From Bacilli bacterium (GTDB lineage: Bacteria; Bacillota_I; Bacilli_A; RF39; UBA660): a stretch of DNA of 64,000 nucleotides. Of this stretch, positions 1 through 10,470 are shown piece after piece. The stretch lies in contig JBMNEQ010000004.1 in NCBI GenBank assembly GCA_050948865.1, positions 62,477 through 126,476 on the forward strand, in the 5' to 3' direction. The position numbers and the translations under genes were made by a program. The notes beneath the pieces are model-generated. The model did not search any database and was not told the origin of the DNA. It saw only the letters and a program-made list of their open reading frames with translations. Every line of letters starts with the position of its first letter. Positions within the stretch are counted from its first letter, which is position 1.

Positions 1-2
1 AA

Positions 3-338
3 ATGGTTAATCGTTTTAATATGGGAGAAAAGGAAATCTTTTTAATTTCTTTAAAGGCTGGAGGAACAGGATTAAATTTAGTAGGGGCTGATACGGTTAT
101 TCATTTTGATCCTTGGTGGAATCCTGCTGTTGAAGATCAGGCAACTGATCGAGCATATCGAATTGGGCAAGAAAACAAAGTAGAAGTTTATAAATTAATT
201 ACTAAAAATACAATAGAAGAGAAAATTAATGAATTAAAAGATCGGAAAAGAGAAGTAGCTAATTCCTTAATAAAATCAGGAGAGACATTTATTAATAAGT
301 TAAGTGAGGATGAATTAGTTAATATCTTATCCGAATAA
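3..338 (+). CDS. SNF2-family helicase, C-terminal fragment (helicase C domain); 5' end lies outside the window
   Basis: Translation carries helicase superfamily C-terminal motifs (LISLKAGGTGLNL, QATDRAYRIGQ) typical of SNF2/RapA-like ATPases. The ORF runs off the window start. Confidence 0.7.
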   Translation: MVNRFNMGEKEIFLISLKAGGTGLNLVGADTVIHFDPWWNPAVEDQATDRAYRIGQENKVEVYKLITKNTIEEKINELKDRKREVANSLIKSGETFINKLSEDELVNILSE

Positions 339-410
339 TATAGAGTTTTAACTCTTTTTTTATTATCTAAAAAGGATTCGTGTTATAATTTAAAGAGGAG
401 GGAAAATTAG

Positions 411-911
411 ATGTTAATATTAAATGATGAAAAGATTATTAAAAAGCTTAAAAACTTTGAGGAAGGTTTTTCTAATAAGAATTATATTTATGGAATTCTT
501 AAAAATCAACATAGGAAGGTCTCTAATTTTTTAATATGGATATTTATGTTTTTAATATTATTTATATTTTTTTCTTATTTTGATGTTTCTTTTCAAATAG
601 CTTTTGCGGTAGGTTTTTGTTTGGGGATCTTAATATCTTTTAAAAATAAATTTTGTATTATAACTTTCGATGAAGAAAATTTAAATATGTATATTTTTAA
701 TATTTTAATGACTAAGGTAATAAAAAAGGAGGTTTTATCTTTTTCTAAGATTACAATTAAAAAATTAAAAAAAACTTCTGTATTTCATCGTGTGAAATTA
801 TTAATTAATAAAAGGATATTTGATATTACTTTCTCTAAAAAGGTTTTAGGTTTAAAATATCAAAAAGAAAATCTATATAATTTCGTTCAAAAATTACATA
901 GTTTAGGGTAA
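411..911 (+). CDS. hypothetical membrane protein
   Basis: ORF with a good RBS (AAAGAGGAGGG) upstream and a hydrophobic central segment. No recognisable family. Confidence 0.35.
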   Translation: MLILNDEKIIKKLKNFEEGFSNKNYIYGILKNQHRKVSNFLIWIFMFLILFIFFSYFDVSFQIAFAVGFCLGILISFKNKFCIITFDEENLNMYIFNILMTKVIKKEVLSFSKITIKKLKKTSVFHRVKLLINKRIFDITFSKKVLGLKYQKENLYNFVQKLHSLG

Positions 912-988
912 AAAGTAAATTTGATTTATTTAAAGATTTATGGTAATGTTTAGAAGAAAAATAATTATCAAGGTAGGTGGGGTTTTAA

Positions 989-1564
989 GTGTTAATGTAT
1001 AAAATATTAAGACCTTTAGCAACATTTTTAATGAAAATAATTTACCGTCCTAAAATAATCGGAAGAGAAAATATAAATAAAGAAGGAGCTCTTATATTTG
1101 TTGGTAATCATACTAATTTCTTAGATCCAGTCTTGTTAATGAGTAGTACTAATAGAAATGTTCATTTCTTAGGTAAACATACTTTATTTAAAGGAATTGG
1201 TAAATATTTTTTTTCTTCAATTGGTGTTATTCCAGTTAATCGAACAATTAAGGATAAAAGTGTTATACCAGCTAGTATTTCCATTATTGAAAAAGGTGGT
1301 GTTTTGGGAATTTTTCCTGAAAGCACAATTAATAAAACAGATGATTTAATAATGCCTTTTAAAATAGGGGCTGTTAAAATTGCTCAGTTAACAAAAACTT
1401 TAATTATTCCTATAATAATAAATGGTAAATATAAACCTTTTGGTAATAAATTAGAAATAAAATTTTTAAAACCAATTAAAATAATTTCTTCAAATTTAAC
1501 TAAAGAAAATGAAAAGTTAATGGAAACTTTTAAAAAAGAATTAAAGTTTGTAAAGGAGAAGTAA
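989..1564 (+). CDS. 1-acyl-sn-glycerol-3-phosphate acyltransferase (PlsC family)
   Basis: HXXXXD acyltransferase motif (FVGNHTNFLDP) and a downstream GIFPEST motif. Start is GTG 989 or ATG 995, after AGGTAGGTGG. Confidence 0.75.
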   Translation: MLMYKILRPLATFLMKIIYRPKIIGRENINKEGALIFVGNHTNFLDPVLLMSSTNRNVHFLGKHTLFKGIGKYFFSSIGVIPVNRTIKDKSVIPASISIIEKGGVLGIFPESTINKTDDLIMPFKIGAVKIAQLTKTLIIPIIINGKYKPFGNKLEIKFLKPIKIISSNLTKENEKLMETFKKELKFVKEK

Positions 1565-1565
1565 A

Positions 1566-3287
1566 ATGAAAAAGATTAAAAGTCCATGGATGAAATTTCA
1601 AGAAGAAAAAAGGAATGAAATAGAAGTTCCAAAGATGAGTATTTATGAGATGTTTAAGGAGGTAGCTTTAGAAAATCCCACTGCTTTAGCTTATAACTAT
1701 TTTGGGACTATAGTTACTTATAAAAAGTTTTTAGTTCAAATAGACAAAACAGCAGAAGCATTTAAAAGATATGGAGTTAATTTTGGTGATGTTGTAACTA
1801 TTTGTCTTCCTAATTTTCCTGAAGGGATTATTTGTGTTTATGCTTTAAATAAAATAGGAGCAATTGCGAATATGGTTCATCCTTTATCAGGGGAAGGGGA
1901 AATAAAAAGTTATGTTAATGATACTAATAGTAAGATTATTGTAACACTAGATTTAAATAAGAAAAAAATTAAAACTATTATTAAAGATACTAAGTTAAAA
2001 TATGTTATTTTAGTTGATGCTGATGATTCTTTTAACATTTTCTTAAAATTAGGATATAAATTACTTAATAAAAAATTATTTAATGTTAAGAAATTAAAAA
2101 AGCCTTATCTGCGTTTTAAAAACTTTTTGGTTAGTAATCCAGGCGAAAAATTAAAAGATGAAAAGATAATTAAAGATCATGTTGAAAAAAGGGATGCGAT
2201 TATACTTTATAGTGGAGGAACTACAGGAATCCCTAAGGGAATTCTTTTAACTAATGGGAATTTTAATGCTTTAGCTGTTCAAGCAAAACATTTATTTGGC
2301 CATTTTGAAAAGGGAGATAAAGTTTTAACTATTATGCCTATTTTTCATGGTTTTGGATTAGGGGTTTCTATTCATTGTATTTATTGTTTGGTTGGTCAAA
2401 CTATTTTAGTGCCGAAATTTGAAGCGAAAAAGAGTGATAATTTGATTAAAACTTATAAGCCTAATTATATTATAGGTGTTCCAACTTTATTTGAAGCCCT
2501 TTTAAATAATAAAGGTTTTAAAAAGATGAATTTATCTTTTATAAAATATGTTATTAGTGGTGGTGATAGTTTATCTGAATCTTTAAAAGATCGCTTTAAT
2601 GCTTTTTTAAAGGAACATCATTCTTTAGCTGTAATTGAACAAGGATATGGTCTTTCAGAAGCAGTTGCCGCTACATCTTTTGCAAGAAAAGATCTAGGAG
2701 CACCTTGCTCAATTGGGATTCCTTTATTAGGAAATTATTATAAAATTGTGGAAGAGGGTTCTGAAACAGAGGTTCCATATAATAATGATGGTGAGATTTG
2801 TATAACAGGTCCCACAGTAATGAAAGGGTATTTAAATAATCCTGAGGAAACTAATATGGTTTTAAGGAAACATAAGGATGGATATACTTGGTTACATACC
2901 GGAGATGTTGGTTCGATGAGTGAAGATGGAATAGTAACTTATAAACAAAGATATAAAAGAATAATTGTTTCTAGTGGTTATAATGTTTATCCTTTACATG
3001 TAGAAAATATTATTAATAGTCATCCTCTTGTTTTAAAATCTTGTGTTGTTGGAGTGCCTCATAAATATAAAATACAGGTTCCTAAAGCTTTTATAGTTTT
3101 AAAAGAAAATGTTAAGTCTAGCCGAAAAATTAAAAAGGAAATAAAAGAAATATGTCAAAAAAATTTACCTAAATTTTCTATTCCTTATAAATATATTTTT
3201 AAAGAAGAATTTCCTACTACTTTAATTGGAAAAGTTGATTATAGAATATTAGAAAATGATGAAGATGATGAAGAAGATGAAGAATAG
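1566..3287 (+). CDS. AMP-dependent synthetase/ligase (long-chain acyl-CoA or acyl-ACP synthetase-like)
   Basis: AMP-binding signature YSGGTTGIPKGILLTNGN, and the C-terminal half is typical of adenylate-forming enzymes. Unusual poly-acidic tail ENDEDDEEDEE. Confidence 0.8.
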   Translation: MKKIKSPWMKFQEEKRNEIEVPKMSIYEMFKEVALENPTALAYNYFGTIVTYKKFLVQIDKTAEAFKRYGVNFGDVVTICLPNFPEGIICVYALNKIGAIANMVHPLSGEGEIKSYVNDTNSKIIVTLDLNKKKIKTIIKDTKLKYVILVDADDSFNIFLKLGYKLLNKKLFNVKKLKKPYLRFKNFLVSNPGEKLKDEKIIKDHVEKRDAIILYSGGTTGIPKGILLTNGNFNALAVQAKHLFGHFEKGDKVLTIMPIFHGFGLGVSIHCIYCLVGQTILVPKFEAKKSDNLIKTYKPNYIIGVPTLFEALLNNKGFKKMNLSFIKYVISGGDSLSESLKDRFNAFLKEHHSLAVIEQGYGLSEAVAATSFARKDLGAPCSIGIPLLGNYYKIVEEGSETEVPYNNDGEICITGPTVMKGYLNNPEETNMVLRKHKDGYTWLHTGDVGSMSEDGIVTYKQRYKRIIVSSGYNVYPLHVENIINSHPLVLKSCVVGVPHKYKIQVPKAFIVLKENVKSSRKIKKEIKEICQKNLPKFSIPYKYIFKEEFPTTLIGKVDYRILENDEDDEEDEE

Positions 3288-3870
3288 TCGTAGGGGAGAA
3301 ATAGGTTATAAAATTGCTAGACTATTTTTAAAACCAATATTTTTATTATATTATCGTCCTAGATTTTTTAATAAAGATGTTATTCCTAAAAAGGGACCAA
3401 TTATTTTAGCAGGTAATCATATTCATATTTTAGATCAATGTCTTCCTTTAGTATGCACAAAGAGAGCTGTTCATTATTTAGCTAAAAAGGAATATTTTGA
3501 TTCTAAGTTTGCGTGGTTTTTTAAATTTGTTGGTTGTATTTCTGTTAATCGAAAAATAAAAGATACTAATGCTATTAATCAAGCCCTTGATATTTTAAAT
3601 AAAGGAGGAGCTATTGGCATTTTTCCTGAGGGAACGAGAAATAAAACTAATTCTTTATTGTTACCTTTTAAATTAGGAACAGTTTCTATGGCTCAAAAAA
3701 CAGGGGCTCTAATTGTTCCTTTTGGAATAACAGGGGAATATAAAAGGGGAAAAGATAATAATTTAACATTAAGATTTGGAGAGCCTTTTAAGGTAGGTAA
3801 AGAAGAATCATTACAAGAAGCGAATAATAAATTAAGAAAGATTATAGAAAAGTTAATTAAAGAAAATTAA
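3277..3870 (+). CDS. second PlsC-family acyltransferase
   Basis: HXXXXD motif (AGNHIHILDQ) and a FPEGTR motif. The start is uncertain because ATGs at 3256-3277 overlap the end of the upstream ligase gene. Confidence 0.7.
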   Translation: MKNSRRGEIGYKIARLFLKPIFLLYYRPRFFNKDVIPKKGPIILAGNHIHILDQCLPLVCTKRAVHYLAKKEYFDSKFAWFFKFVGCISVNRKIKDTNAINQALDILNKGGAIGIFPEGTRNKTNSLLLPFKLGTVSMAQKTGALIVPFGITGEYKRGKDNNLTLRFGEPFKVGKEESLQEANNKLRKIIEKLIKEN

Positions 3871-3950
3871 AACTTTGAAGATGATGAATATCCTAAACCT
3901 AAGAAAATAGAAAACTAATAAAAAAAGTAGAGAATTTTATCTCCACTTTT

Positions 3951-4685
3951 TTAATTTCTTTTAGAAAACTTTTCTGTTATGATTCCAATTAAGAAAAGGA
4001 TTATTATAAAACCTATTATATAATATTTAAAAGGATTATTTTCTTTTTTCTCTATTTCTTTTGGGGGAGTAGTTTTTTTAGAAGTTGTATAGTTTACATT
4101 AATTCCTTCTTTTAAGGTTGGTATTAAAGACCAAGTCAAAGTATTATCATTATCAATTAAGGGAGCATTATGAGAAATAATTTTTCCATCAATTTTAATT
4201 TTTATATTATATTTAAGAATACCAGCCATCATATTAAGTTCTTCTTCATTTACTTCTTCAGGTTTTAAAGAAATAAAAACATTATCATTTTCTCTTTTAA
4301 AACTAAGAACTTCTTCTGTAATATTTTCTTCTTTTAAATCAGAGTTTTTAGCTATATTTTCTAAGATTGTATTTAATTCTTCTAATGATTTAAAATTAAT
4401 AGTAACCTTTTTTCCATAATAATTGACTTCTTCTTCAGTAAAATTGTAATCTACGATTTTCGCTTCCTTTTCCTGCCATTGTTTTTCCAAACTTTTAAAA
4501 GTTTCTTCAGGATTTATTGAAAAATCATCCTCTTCTTTTTCTTCAAATAATTGTTCAGCAAAAGCGATAGATAAAGTAACAGATCCTTGATCATTTTTAT
4601 CAATTTCTATTTCCATGGAAACTCTTGCGCATCCTGTAAAAAAGATAATAAAAGTTATAATTAGTATTTGTTTAAATAGTTTCAT
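3951..4685 (-). CDS. hypothetical lipoprotein
   Basis: Signal peptide with lipobox (FFTGC) after MKLFKQ. GGAGG RBS 5 nt upstream of ATG 4685. C-terminal hydrophobic segment. Confidence 0.5.
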   Translation of the reverse strand: MKLFKQILIITFIIFFTGCARVSMEIEIDKNDQGSVTLSIAFAEQLFEEKEEDDFSINPEETFKSLEKQWQEKEAKIVDYNFTEEEVNYYGKKVTINFKSLEELNTILENIAKNSDLKEENITEEVLSFKRENDNVFISLKPEEVNEEELNMMAGILKYNIKIKIDGKIISHNAPLIDNDNTLTWSLIPTLKEGINVNYTTSKKTTPPKEIEKKENNPFKYYIIGFIIILFLIGIITEKFSKRN

Positions 4686-4809
4686 TTTTCCTCCTTCTAT
4701 TTTCTTTTTCATTATATCTTATTCTTTAATATATTTCAATTTTGGTAAAACTTGTTTTTTTATCCTTCTTAAAATTATGATATAATATTTTCAGTTTGGA
4801 GTTGGTTTT

Positions 4810-6231
4810 ATGAAAAAACCGAATATGATGGAAGCTAGAAGAAGAACTAAAGAGAAGACAAAAATTATAACTGATGCTTATTTTATTCCTAAGGAAATAA
4901 AAAATTGTGGTCGGGGTTTAAAGTATTATTTAAGAACTTATGGTTGTCAAATGAATTTAAGAGATAGTGAATCTATTTCGGCAATCTTAGAAGATTTAGG
5001 ATATATTAAAACTTTAAATGATCAAGAGGCTGATTTAATAATTTTAAATACTTGTGCAGTTAGAGAAAATGTTCATAATAAAGTTTTTGGTTTATTAGGT
5101 CTTTATAAACATTATAAAAAGAAAAAACCTAATTTATTACTTGGGCTATGTGGTTGTATGGCTCAAGAAGAAGTGGTTATTAATAAAATTATTAAAGAAA
5201 TTAAACATCTTGATTTTGTTTTTGGAACTCATAATATTCATTTATTACCGTCAATTTTAAAAGAATATCAAGAAAAAAAGAAAATGATTGTTAATGTTTT
5301 AAGTAATGAAGGGAATATTTATGAAAACATTCCTCTTAAAAGGGAGCATCCTTATAAAGCTTTTGTTAATATTACTTATGGTTGCGATAAGTTTTGTACT
5401 TATTGTATAGTTCCTTATACTAGGGGAAAAGAAAGAAGTCGTCAACCAGAAGATATTTTTAAAGAAGTAAAAGGATTGTTAAAAAAAGGTTATTTAGAGA
5501 TAACTTTATTAGGACAGAATGTTAATGCTTATGGTAAGGATTTTTTAGATAAAAAATATCGTTTAGAAAATTTATTAGAAGATCTTGCTAAAACAGGTAT
5601 TAAACGTCTTCGTTTTTTAACTAGTCATCCTTGGGATTTTACTGAAGAAATGATTGATGTTATAGAAAAATATGATAATATAATGCCTCATATTCATTTA
5701 CCTGTTCAATCAGGTAGTAATAAAATATTAAAATTAATGGGAAGAAGATATAGTAAAGAAGAGTATCTTACTTTATACAAAAAAATAAAAGATAAGATTA
5801 CTAAAGTAGCAATTACGACTGATATTATAGTTGGTTTTCCTTATGAAGATGAAAAGGATTTTGAAGAAACATTATCTTTAGTTAAAGAATGTCAATTTGA
5901 TGGGGCTTTTATTTTTATTTATTCACCAAGAGAAGGAACACCAGCTTTTAATATGGAAGATAAAGTATCTTTAACTGTTAAAAAGGAACGTTTTTATAAA
6001 CTTCATCAATTAACAAATCAATATACAAAAGAATCTAATTTAAAATTACAAAATAAAATAGTTTCTGTTTTAATTGAAGGTTATAGTAATAATAAAGAAT
6101 TATTAACAGGTTATACCGATACTTTTAAAGTAATTAATGTTAAGGGTTCTTCTTCTTTAATTGGTCAAATAGTTAAAGTTAAAGTAACAAAAGTTAGAAC
6201 TTGGAGTTTATATGGAGAAGTAGTAAATTAA
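4810..6231 (+). CDS. miaB: tRNA-2-methylthio-N6-dimethylallyladenosine synthase (radical SAM methylthiotransferase)
   Basis: MTTase N-terminal domain, radical SAM CxxxCxxC (CDKFCTYCIVP) and a TRAM-like C-terminus. Full-length MiaB architecture. Confidence 0.9.
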   Translation: MKKPNMMEARRRTKEKTKIITDAYFIPKEIKNCGRGLKYYLRTYGCQMNLRDSESISAILEDLGYIKTLNDQEADLIILNTCAVRENVHNKVFGLLGLYKHYKKKKPNLLLGLCGCMAQEEVVINKIIKEIKHLDFVFGTHNIHLLPSILKEYQEKKKMIVNVLSNEGNIYENIPLKREHPYKAFVNITYGCDKFCTYCIVPYTRGKERSRQPEDIFKEVKGLLKKGYLEITLLGQNVNAYGKDFLDKKYRLENLLEDLAKTGIKRLRFLTSHPWDFTEEMIDVIEKYDNIMPHIHLPVQSGSNKILKLMGRRYSKEEYLTLYKKIKDKITKVAITTDIIVGFPYEDEKDFEETLSLVKECQFDGAFIFIYSPREGTPAFNMEDKVSLTVKKERFYKLHQLTNQYTKESNLKLQNKIVSVLIEGYSNNKELLTGYTDTFKVINVKGSSSLIGQIVKVKVTKVRTWSLYGEVVN

Positions 6232-6250
6232 AAAAGACGCTTTTAAACGT

Positions 6251-7138
6251 CTATTTAGCTTCTTTATAAATAGTTAAATCAAATTTATGATCTAAGGTTT
6301 CTCTTTCATTTAAAGTTAAAGTATCAATCAGAAAATAGCTATGTTGAAGAATTTTTACTTTATCTAAAGGATTATCCCAAGTTAAATCTAAATGAAGCCA
6401 TTTATTATTTAAATAAATTAAATTCCAGACATGATTTTCTGTGGCTATTTTTATATTAGGAATATTTAATTTATATAAAAATAAACTCATCGTATCAGTA
6501 TAACCACTACAAACGGCATATCCTTCAAATAAAGTTCCATAAGCATTATGAGATTGATAAGTTTTATCATTAATATCTTTTATTTTTAAAATATCATATT
6601 CAGTATTTAAAATTAAATAGTCATGTATTTTTTCAATATTTAAAGAGATATCTTTTTTCGGATCAACAAGTTTCATAAATAAGTTATCAATTTCTTTATT
6701 TATTTTTATAATCTTTTCTTCATTATAATATCTACTTACTTCAATATTTACTTTTCCAGAAGGATAATAAGTAGTATATAAAGTTTCATAACTATTATAG
6801 GGATGTACAAAACTATTTAAATGAGATAATTGATAATCATCAATTGAGATATCTTTTACATCTTTAATACAATCTTTATATTCTTTACTACAATAAAAAG
6901 TAAAACTATCCCAACCAGAATTAATAATTGTATAATAAATATTTAATAATTCTTTTTTATTAGTAGGAATAAAATCATTAGTATTTTGAACATATAAAAA
7001 CTGAAGATCTAATTTATATTGATTATCTTCAGGTATTGTTATATTTTTATGATAATTATCGATACTAAATAAATCATTAGTATAAATAAAAAAACATCCA
7101 ACTATAATAATAAATAAAGCAATTAATTTTTTAAACAT
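6251..7138 (-). CDS. transglutaminase-like cysteine protease domain protein (secreted or membrane)
   Basis: N-terminal TM/signal segment. Core resembles the transglutaminase-like Cys-His-Asp fold (YAVCSGY...HVWNLIYL...DLTWDNP). Confidence 0.55.
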   Translation of the reverse strand: MFKKLIALFIIIVGCFFIYTNDLFSIDNYHKNITIPEDNQYKLDLQFLYVQNTNDFIPTNKKELLNIYYTIINSGWDSFTFYCSKEYKDCIKDVKDISIDDYQLSHLNSFVHPYNSYETLYTTYYPSGKVNIEVSRYYNEEKIIKINKEIDNLFMKLVDPKKDISLNIEKIHDYLILNTEYDILKIKDINDKTYQSHNAYGTLFEGYAVCSGYTDTMSLFLYKLNIPNIKIATENHVWNLIYLNNKWLHLDLTWDNPLDKVKILQHSYFLIDTLTLNERETLDHKFDLTIYKEAK

Positions 7139-7205
7139 TTTATCACCAATTTAGTCTCTCATATAAATTTGTCTAAAATAGGAGAATTTTTTAAAACAAA
7201 GTAAT

Positions 7206-7460
7206 TTATTTATTACTTTGTTTAGTTTGATTAATTTTTGTTGTAAGTTTAGATTTCTTTTTCGCGGCCGTATTCTTTTTAATAACTCCCTTTTTAACAG
7301 CTTTATCTATTTTTTTATAAGCTTCATTTAAAGATTGATCATTATTATTAGTTAAAGCTTTTTTAATAGCAGTCTTCATTGTTTTTTTAACTTTAGAATT
7401 TTCTTCTCTTTTACGTTCTGCAACTTTAACTCGCTTTTTAGCACTTTTAATATTAGGCAT
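7206..7460 (-). CDS. rpsT: 30S ribosomal protein S20
   Basis: MPNIKSAKKRVKVAERKR... is the canonical S20 N-terminus. GGAGGTG RBS lies upstream of ATG 7460; the track ORF carries a spurious 12-codon N-terminal extension. Confidence 0.9.
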   Translation of the reverse strand: MPNIKSAKKRVKVAERKREENSKVKKTMKTAIKKALTNNNDQSLNEAYKKIDKAVKKGVIKKNTAAKKKSKLTTKINQTKQSNK

Positions 7461-7555
7461 CTTTTCACCTCCATCGTGATATATCAATTTTAACAAAAGT
7501 CTCTTTAAAAAGCAATATTTTTTCTTAATATGTTTAAAATAAGAAGGGTGATTAA

Positions 7556-8584
7556 ATGTCTAAAGAAATAGATTTAAGTCAATATGAAATAAGAACTGAT
7601 ATGGTTTTAGAAGAAATAGAAAGTAAAATACCTAAAAAAGGAATTATTTCTCAAGTTGAAGAAATAAATGATATGAAGATTACTAGAGTAGATGTTTTAA
7701 AAGAGGGAGTTTCTTTAATCAATAAAAAAGAAGGTAAATATATTACTATTGAATTTGAGGATGTTACTGATTCAGAAAATAAAGATGTTTTAAGGAAAGT
7801 ATTTATTAAAGAATTAAAGAAGATGTTAAAATATTTAAAAATTAAAGATAAAGATACTTGTTTAATTATTGGTTTAGGGAATAATAAATCTACTCCTGAT
7901 TCTTTAGGTCCTTTAGTTATAGAACGGTTACTTGTTACTAAACATTTATTTTCTCTTGGAGAAGTGGAAACAGGATATAGAAATGTCAGTGCTTTTTCTC
8001 CTGGAGTTATGGGTCAAACAGGAATTGAAACTAGTGAGATGATTTTAGGTATTATTCAAAAGATAAGGCCAGATTTTTTGATTGTCGTTGATGCTTTAGC
8101 TTCTAATTCCATTTCTAGAATTAATAAAACTATTCAAATGACGGATACAGGAATTCATCCAGGAAGTGGCGTTGGTAATGCTAGAAAAGAAATAAGTTTT
8201 GAAATTTTAAAGATACCGGTTATTGCAATTGGGATACCAACAGTAGTTGATGCTGTTACTATTGTCAGTGATACTATTAATTATATGATGAAAAAGTTTG
8301 CTTATAATAAAGAAAATTTAGATGATCCTTCTAATAAACTAATTCCTTTTTGGAAATTAGATTACTTAAAGAAAGAAAAAGAATTATCTAATCAAGAAAA
8401 AAAGAATTTAATGGGATTGATTGGGACTTTATCAGAAAATGAAATAAAACAATTAGTTTATGAAGTTTTAAATCCGATTGGTTATAATATGATGGTGACA
8501 CCAAAAGAAATAGATTTTTTATTGGAAAAATTAAGTCAAGTTATTGCTTGTGGTTTAAACGAAACATTACATCAAAAAACCTAA
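7556..8584 (+). CDS. gpr: germination protease (spore endopeptidase degrading SASPs)
   Basis: Hallmark motifs EIRTDMVLEE and VVDALAS. Sits in the conserved position next to rpsT and spoIIP. Confidence 0.9.
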   Translation: MSKEIDLSQYEIRTDMVLEEIESKIPKKGIISQVEEINDMKITRVDVLKEGVSLINKKEGKYITIEFEDVTDSENKDVLRKVFIKELKKMLKYLKIKDKDTCLIIGLGNNKSTPDSLGPLVIERLLVTKHLFSLGEVETGYRNVSAFSPGVMGQTGIETSEMILGIIQKIRPDFLIVVDALASNSISRINKTIQMTDTGIHPGSGVGNARKEISFEILKIPVIAIGIPTVVDAVTIVSDTINYMMKKFAYNKENLDDPSNKLIPFWKLDYLKKEKELSNQEKKNLMGLIGTLSENEIKQLVYEVLNPIGYNMMVTPKEIDFLLEKLSQVIACGLNETLHQKT

Positions 8585-8659
8585 AGATAAAGTATTTACT
8601 CGACAATTTAATCATTCATACCCTTATATAATAATCATAAATTATATTAGGGAGGATTT

Positions 8660-9670
8660 ATGAAAAAAAGATTTAAAAAGCCAAAAAATTATTTTTCTTT
8701 TAAGAAGATTAAATATGTTTTTTTAATTTTAATAGTTTATTTATCTTATGATTATACTTATTCTTATTTAATTTCTAATAATATAAAAATGACTAATGAA
8801 GCTTTTTTACAATTATTAATAACAGAAGGTAATCATCATGTTTTAACAGGTTATCGTCCCAAAAGTTTAGTAAATGAAATAATATCTAATCTTTATAAAA
8901 TTGATATTAATAAACCAGTTAGTTTATTAGGGATTAATTTATTTGATCAAGATTTATTAGCCCTTAATACTGAAACTCATCATGATGAATATAATCCTTA
9001 TGAACTAGAAAAAGTAACAGAGTATATTAAAGATCCTAATCCAATTAACATTAATAACCCTTTAGTTTATATTTATAATTCTCATCAGTTAGAAAATTAT
9101 CATCCTAAATATTTAGAAATATATAATATTACTCCCAATGTGATGATGGCTTCTTATATGTTAAAAGAAAAGTTAAATAATCTGGGGATTAAAACAATTG
9201 TGGAAGAAGCGAATTTAATTGAATTTATGCGGCTTAATAATTGGAATCATGCTTCATCGTATAAAGCTTCTCGGATCTTTATGTTAGATGCTAAAAATAA
9301 GTATAGTAGTTTAGAATTTTATTTAGATATTCATCGTGATTCGATTAAAAGAAATGCGAGTACAATTTCTATTAATGGAAAATCTTATGCCAAAATATTA
9401 TTATTAATTGGCTTAGAAAATCCTCAATATAAAGAGAATTTAAAGATGGCGGAAGCGATTAATTCTTTATTAAATAAGCATTATCCTGGTTTAAGTAGAG
9501 GAATATTAAAGAAACAAGGAAAAGGTGTTGATGGTATTTATAATCAAGATATTTCTCCTCAAGCTCTTTTAATAGAAATAGGGGGAGTTGATAATAATAT
9601 TGAAGAAGTATTAAATACAGTTGAAGCCTTTTCTTTGGTTTTTTCTAAGTATGTGAATAATTATGATTAA
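8660..9670 (+). CDS. spoIIP: stage II sporulation protein P (cell-wall hydrolase needed for engulfment)
   Basis: N-terminal TM segment, IYNSHQLENY motif (matches the SpoIIP IYHTHxxExY motif) and the conserved gpr-spoIIP linkage. Confidence 0.85.
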   Translation: MKKRFKKPKNYFSFKKIKYVFLILIVYLSYDYTYSYLISNNIKMTNEAFLQLLITEGNHHVLTGYRPKSLVNEIISNLYKIDINKPVSLLGINLFDQDLLALNTETHHDEYNPYELEKVTEYIKDPNPININNPLVYIYNSHQLENYHPKYLEIYNITPNVMMASYMLKEKLNNLGIKTIVEEANLIEFMRLNNWNHASSYKASRIFMLDAKNKYSSLEFYLDIHRDSIKRNASTISINGKSYAKILLLIGLENPQYKENLKMAEAINSLLNKHYPGLSRGILKKQGKGVDGIYNQDISPQALLIEIGGVDNNIEEVLNTVEAFSLVFSKYVNNYD

Positions 9671-9989
9671 AGAGGGATATTTATTTAGATTTGTTATGAC
9701 TTCTTTATTTATTATTTTTATAACTTTATATATTTCTCAAGCAACAGGATATTATGAATATCAACAACATAAGAAAAAGGTTTTAACAGAAGAAAAAATA
9801 AAACAATTTGAAGAAGATGTTCAAAAAGGTAAAAAAATTGATATAGAAGATTATTTAGAGGTTACAGAATATAAATATTGTAATGGTATCTCTAATACTG
9901 GTTTAAAATTATCAAAAGTTATTTCTAATTATGTTCAAAAGGGAGTTGATGGTCTTTTGAAAGTCTTAGAAAAGATGTTTATAAATTAA
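9663..9989 (+). CDS. small membrane protein in the yqxA position
   Basis: The 108-aa ORF overlaps the spoIIP stop and has an N-terminal TM. Its position between spoIIP and lepA matches yqxA of Bacillus. Confidence 0.4.
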   Translation: MIKEGYLFRFVMTSLFIIFITLYISQATGYYEYQQHKKKVLTEEKIKQFEEDVQKGKKIDIEDYLEVTEYKYCNGISNTGLKLSKVISNYVQKGVDGLLKVLEKMFIN

Positions 9990-10002
9990 AAAAACTAGAC
10001 TA

Positions 10003-10344
10003 TTAGTTTTTTTGTTTTAGTTTTGGTTTGTTTTTATTAAATTCTAATAGTTCTAGTTTATTAACATAAGTAAAAGCGGCTACTTCAGGTCTGAAAAAAC
10101 GTTGATCTTCTTCTTTATATTTTTTAAGTAAAGTCATAATAAGGTGGTGTTCATTTTTATCAATATTTAAAATTAAATGATTTTCTTCAAAGACTTCTTG
10201 AATAATTTTTTTGTTTTGAAGAAATGATTCTTTTAATTCATTGATTTCAAAGATATTAGGATTTTTTCCTGTTTTTGATAAATCAATACTTGTTAAAGCT
10301 AACTCTTCAATTATGTTATTTAATTTTACTTTTTGTTTTAACAT
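10003..10344 (-). CDS. hypothetical protein
   Basis: 113-aa ORF convergent with the upstream gene. An AT-rich bidirectional hairpin lies in the 13-nt gap. No family recognised. Confidence 0.35.
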   Translation of the reverse strand: MLKQKVKLNNIIEELALTSIDLSKTGKNPNIFEINELKESFLQNKKIIQEVFEENHLILNIDKNEHHLIMTLLKKYKEEDQRFFRPEVAAFTYVNKLELLEFNKNKPKLKQKN

Positions 10345-10470
10345 AAAACCCTCCTCTATAAATTGTTTTTTAGTATAGCATAATTTTAGGGGCTTGACAA
10401 TTGTTTAGGTTGTTTAGGCTTTAGGAGCGTGTTATAATATTTACAGTTTTAAAGAGAGGTTAGTTGATAA

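Noticed and set aside
3256-3276. Upstream ATG starts (3256-3268) for the second PlsC gene
   Set aside because: They lie within the acidic tail-coding region of the ligase gene. ATG 3277 gives a shorter overlap. The true start is unresolved.
7497-7555. Sigma-F/G forespore promoter upstream of gpr
   Set aside because: It is expected biologically, but I could not find a convincing -35/-10 match (GnATr...CATnnTA) by eye.
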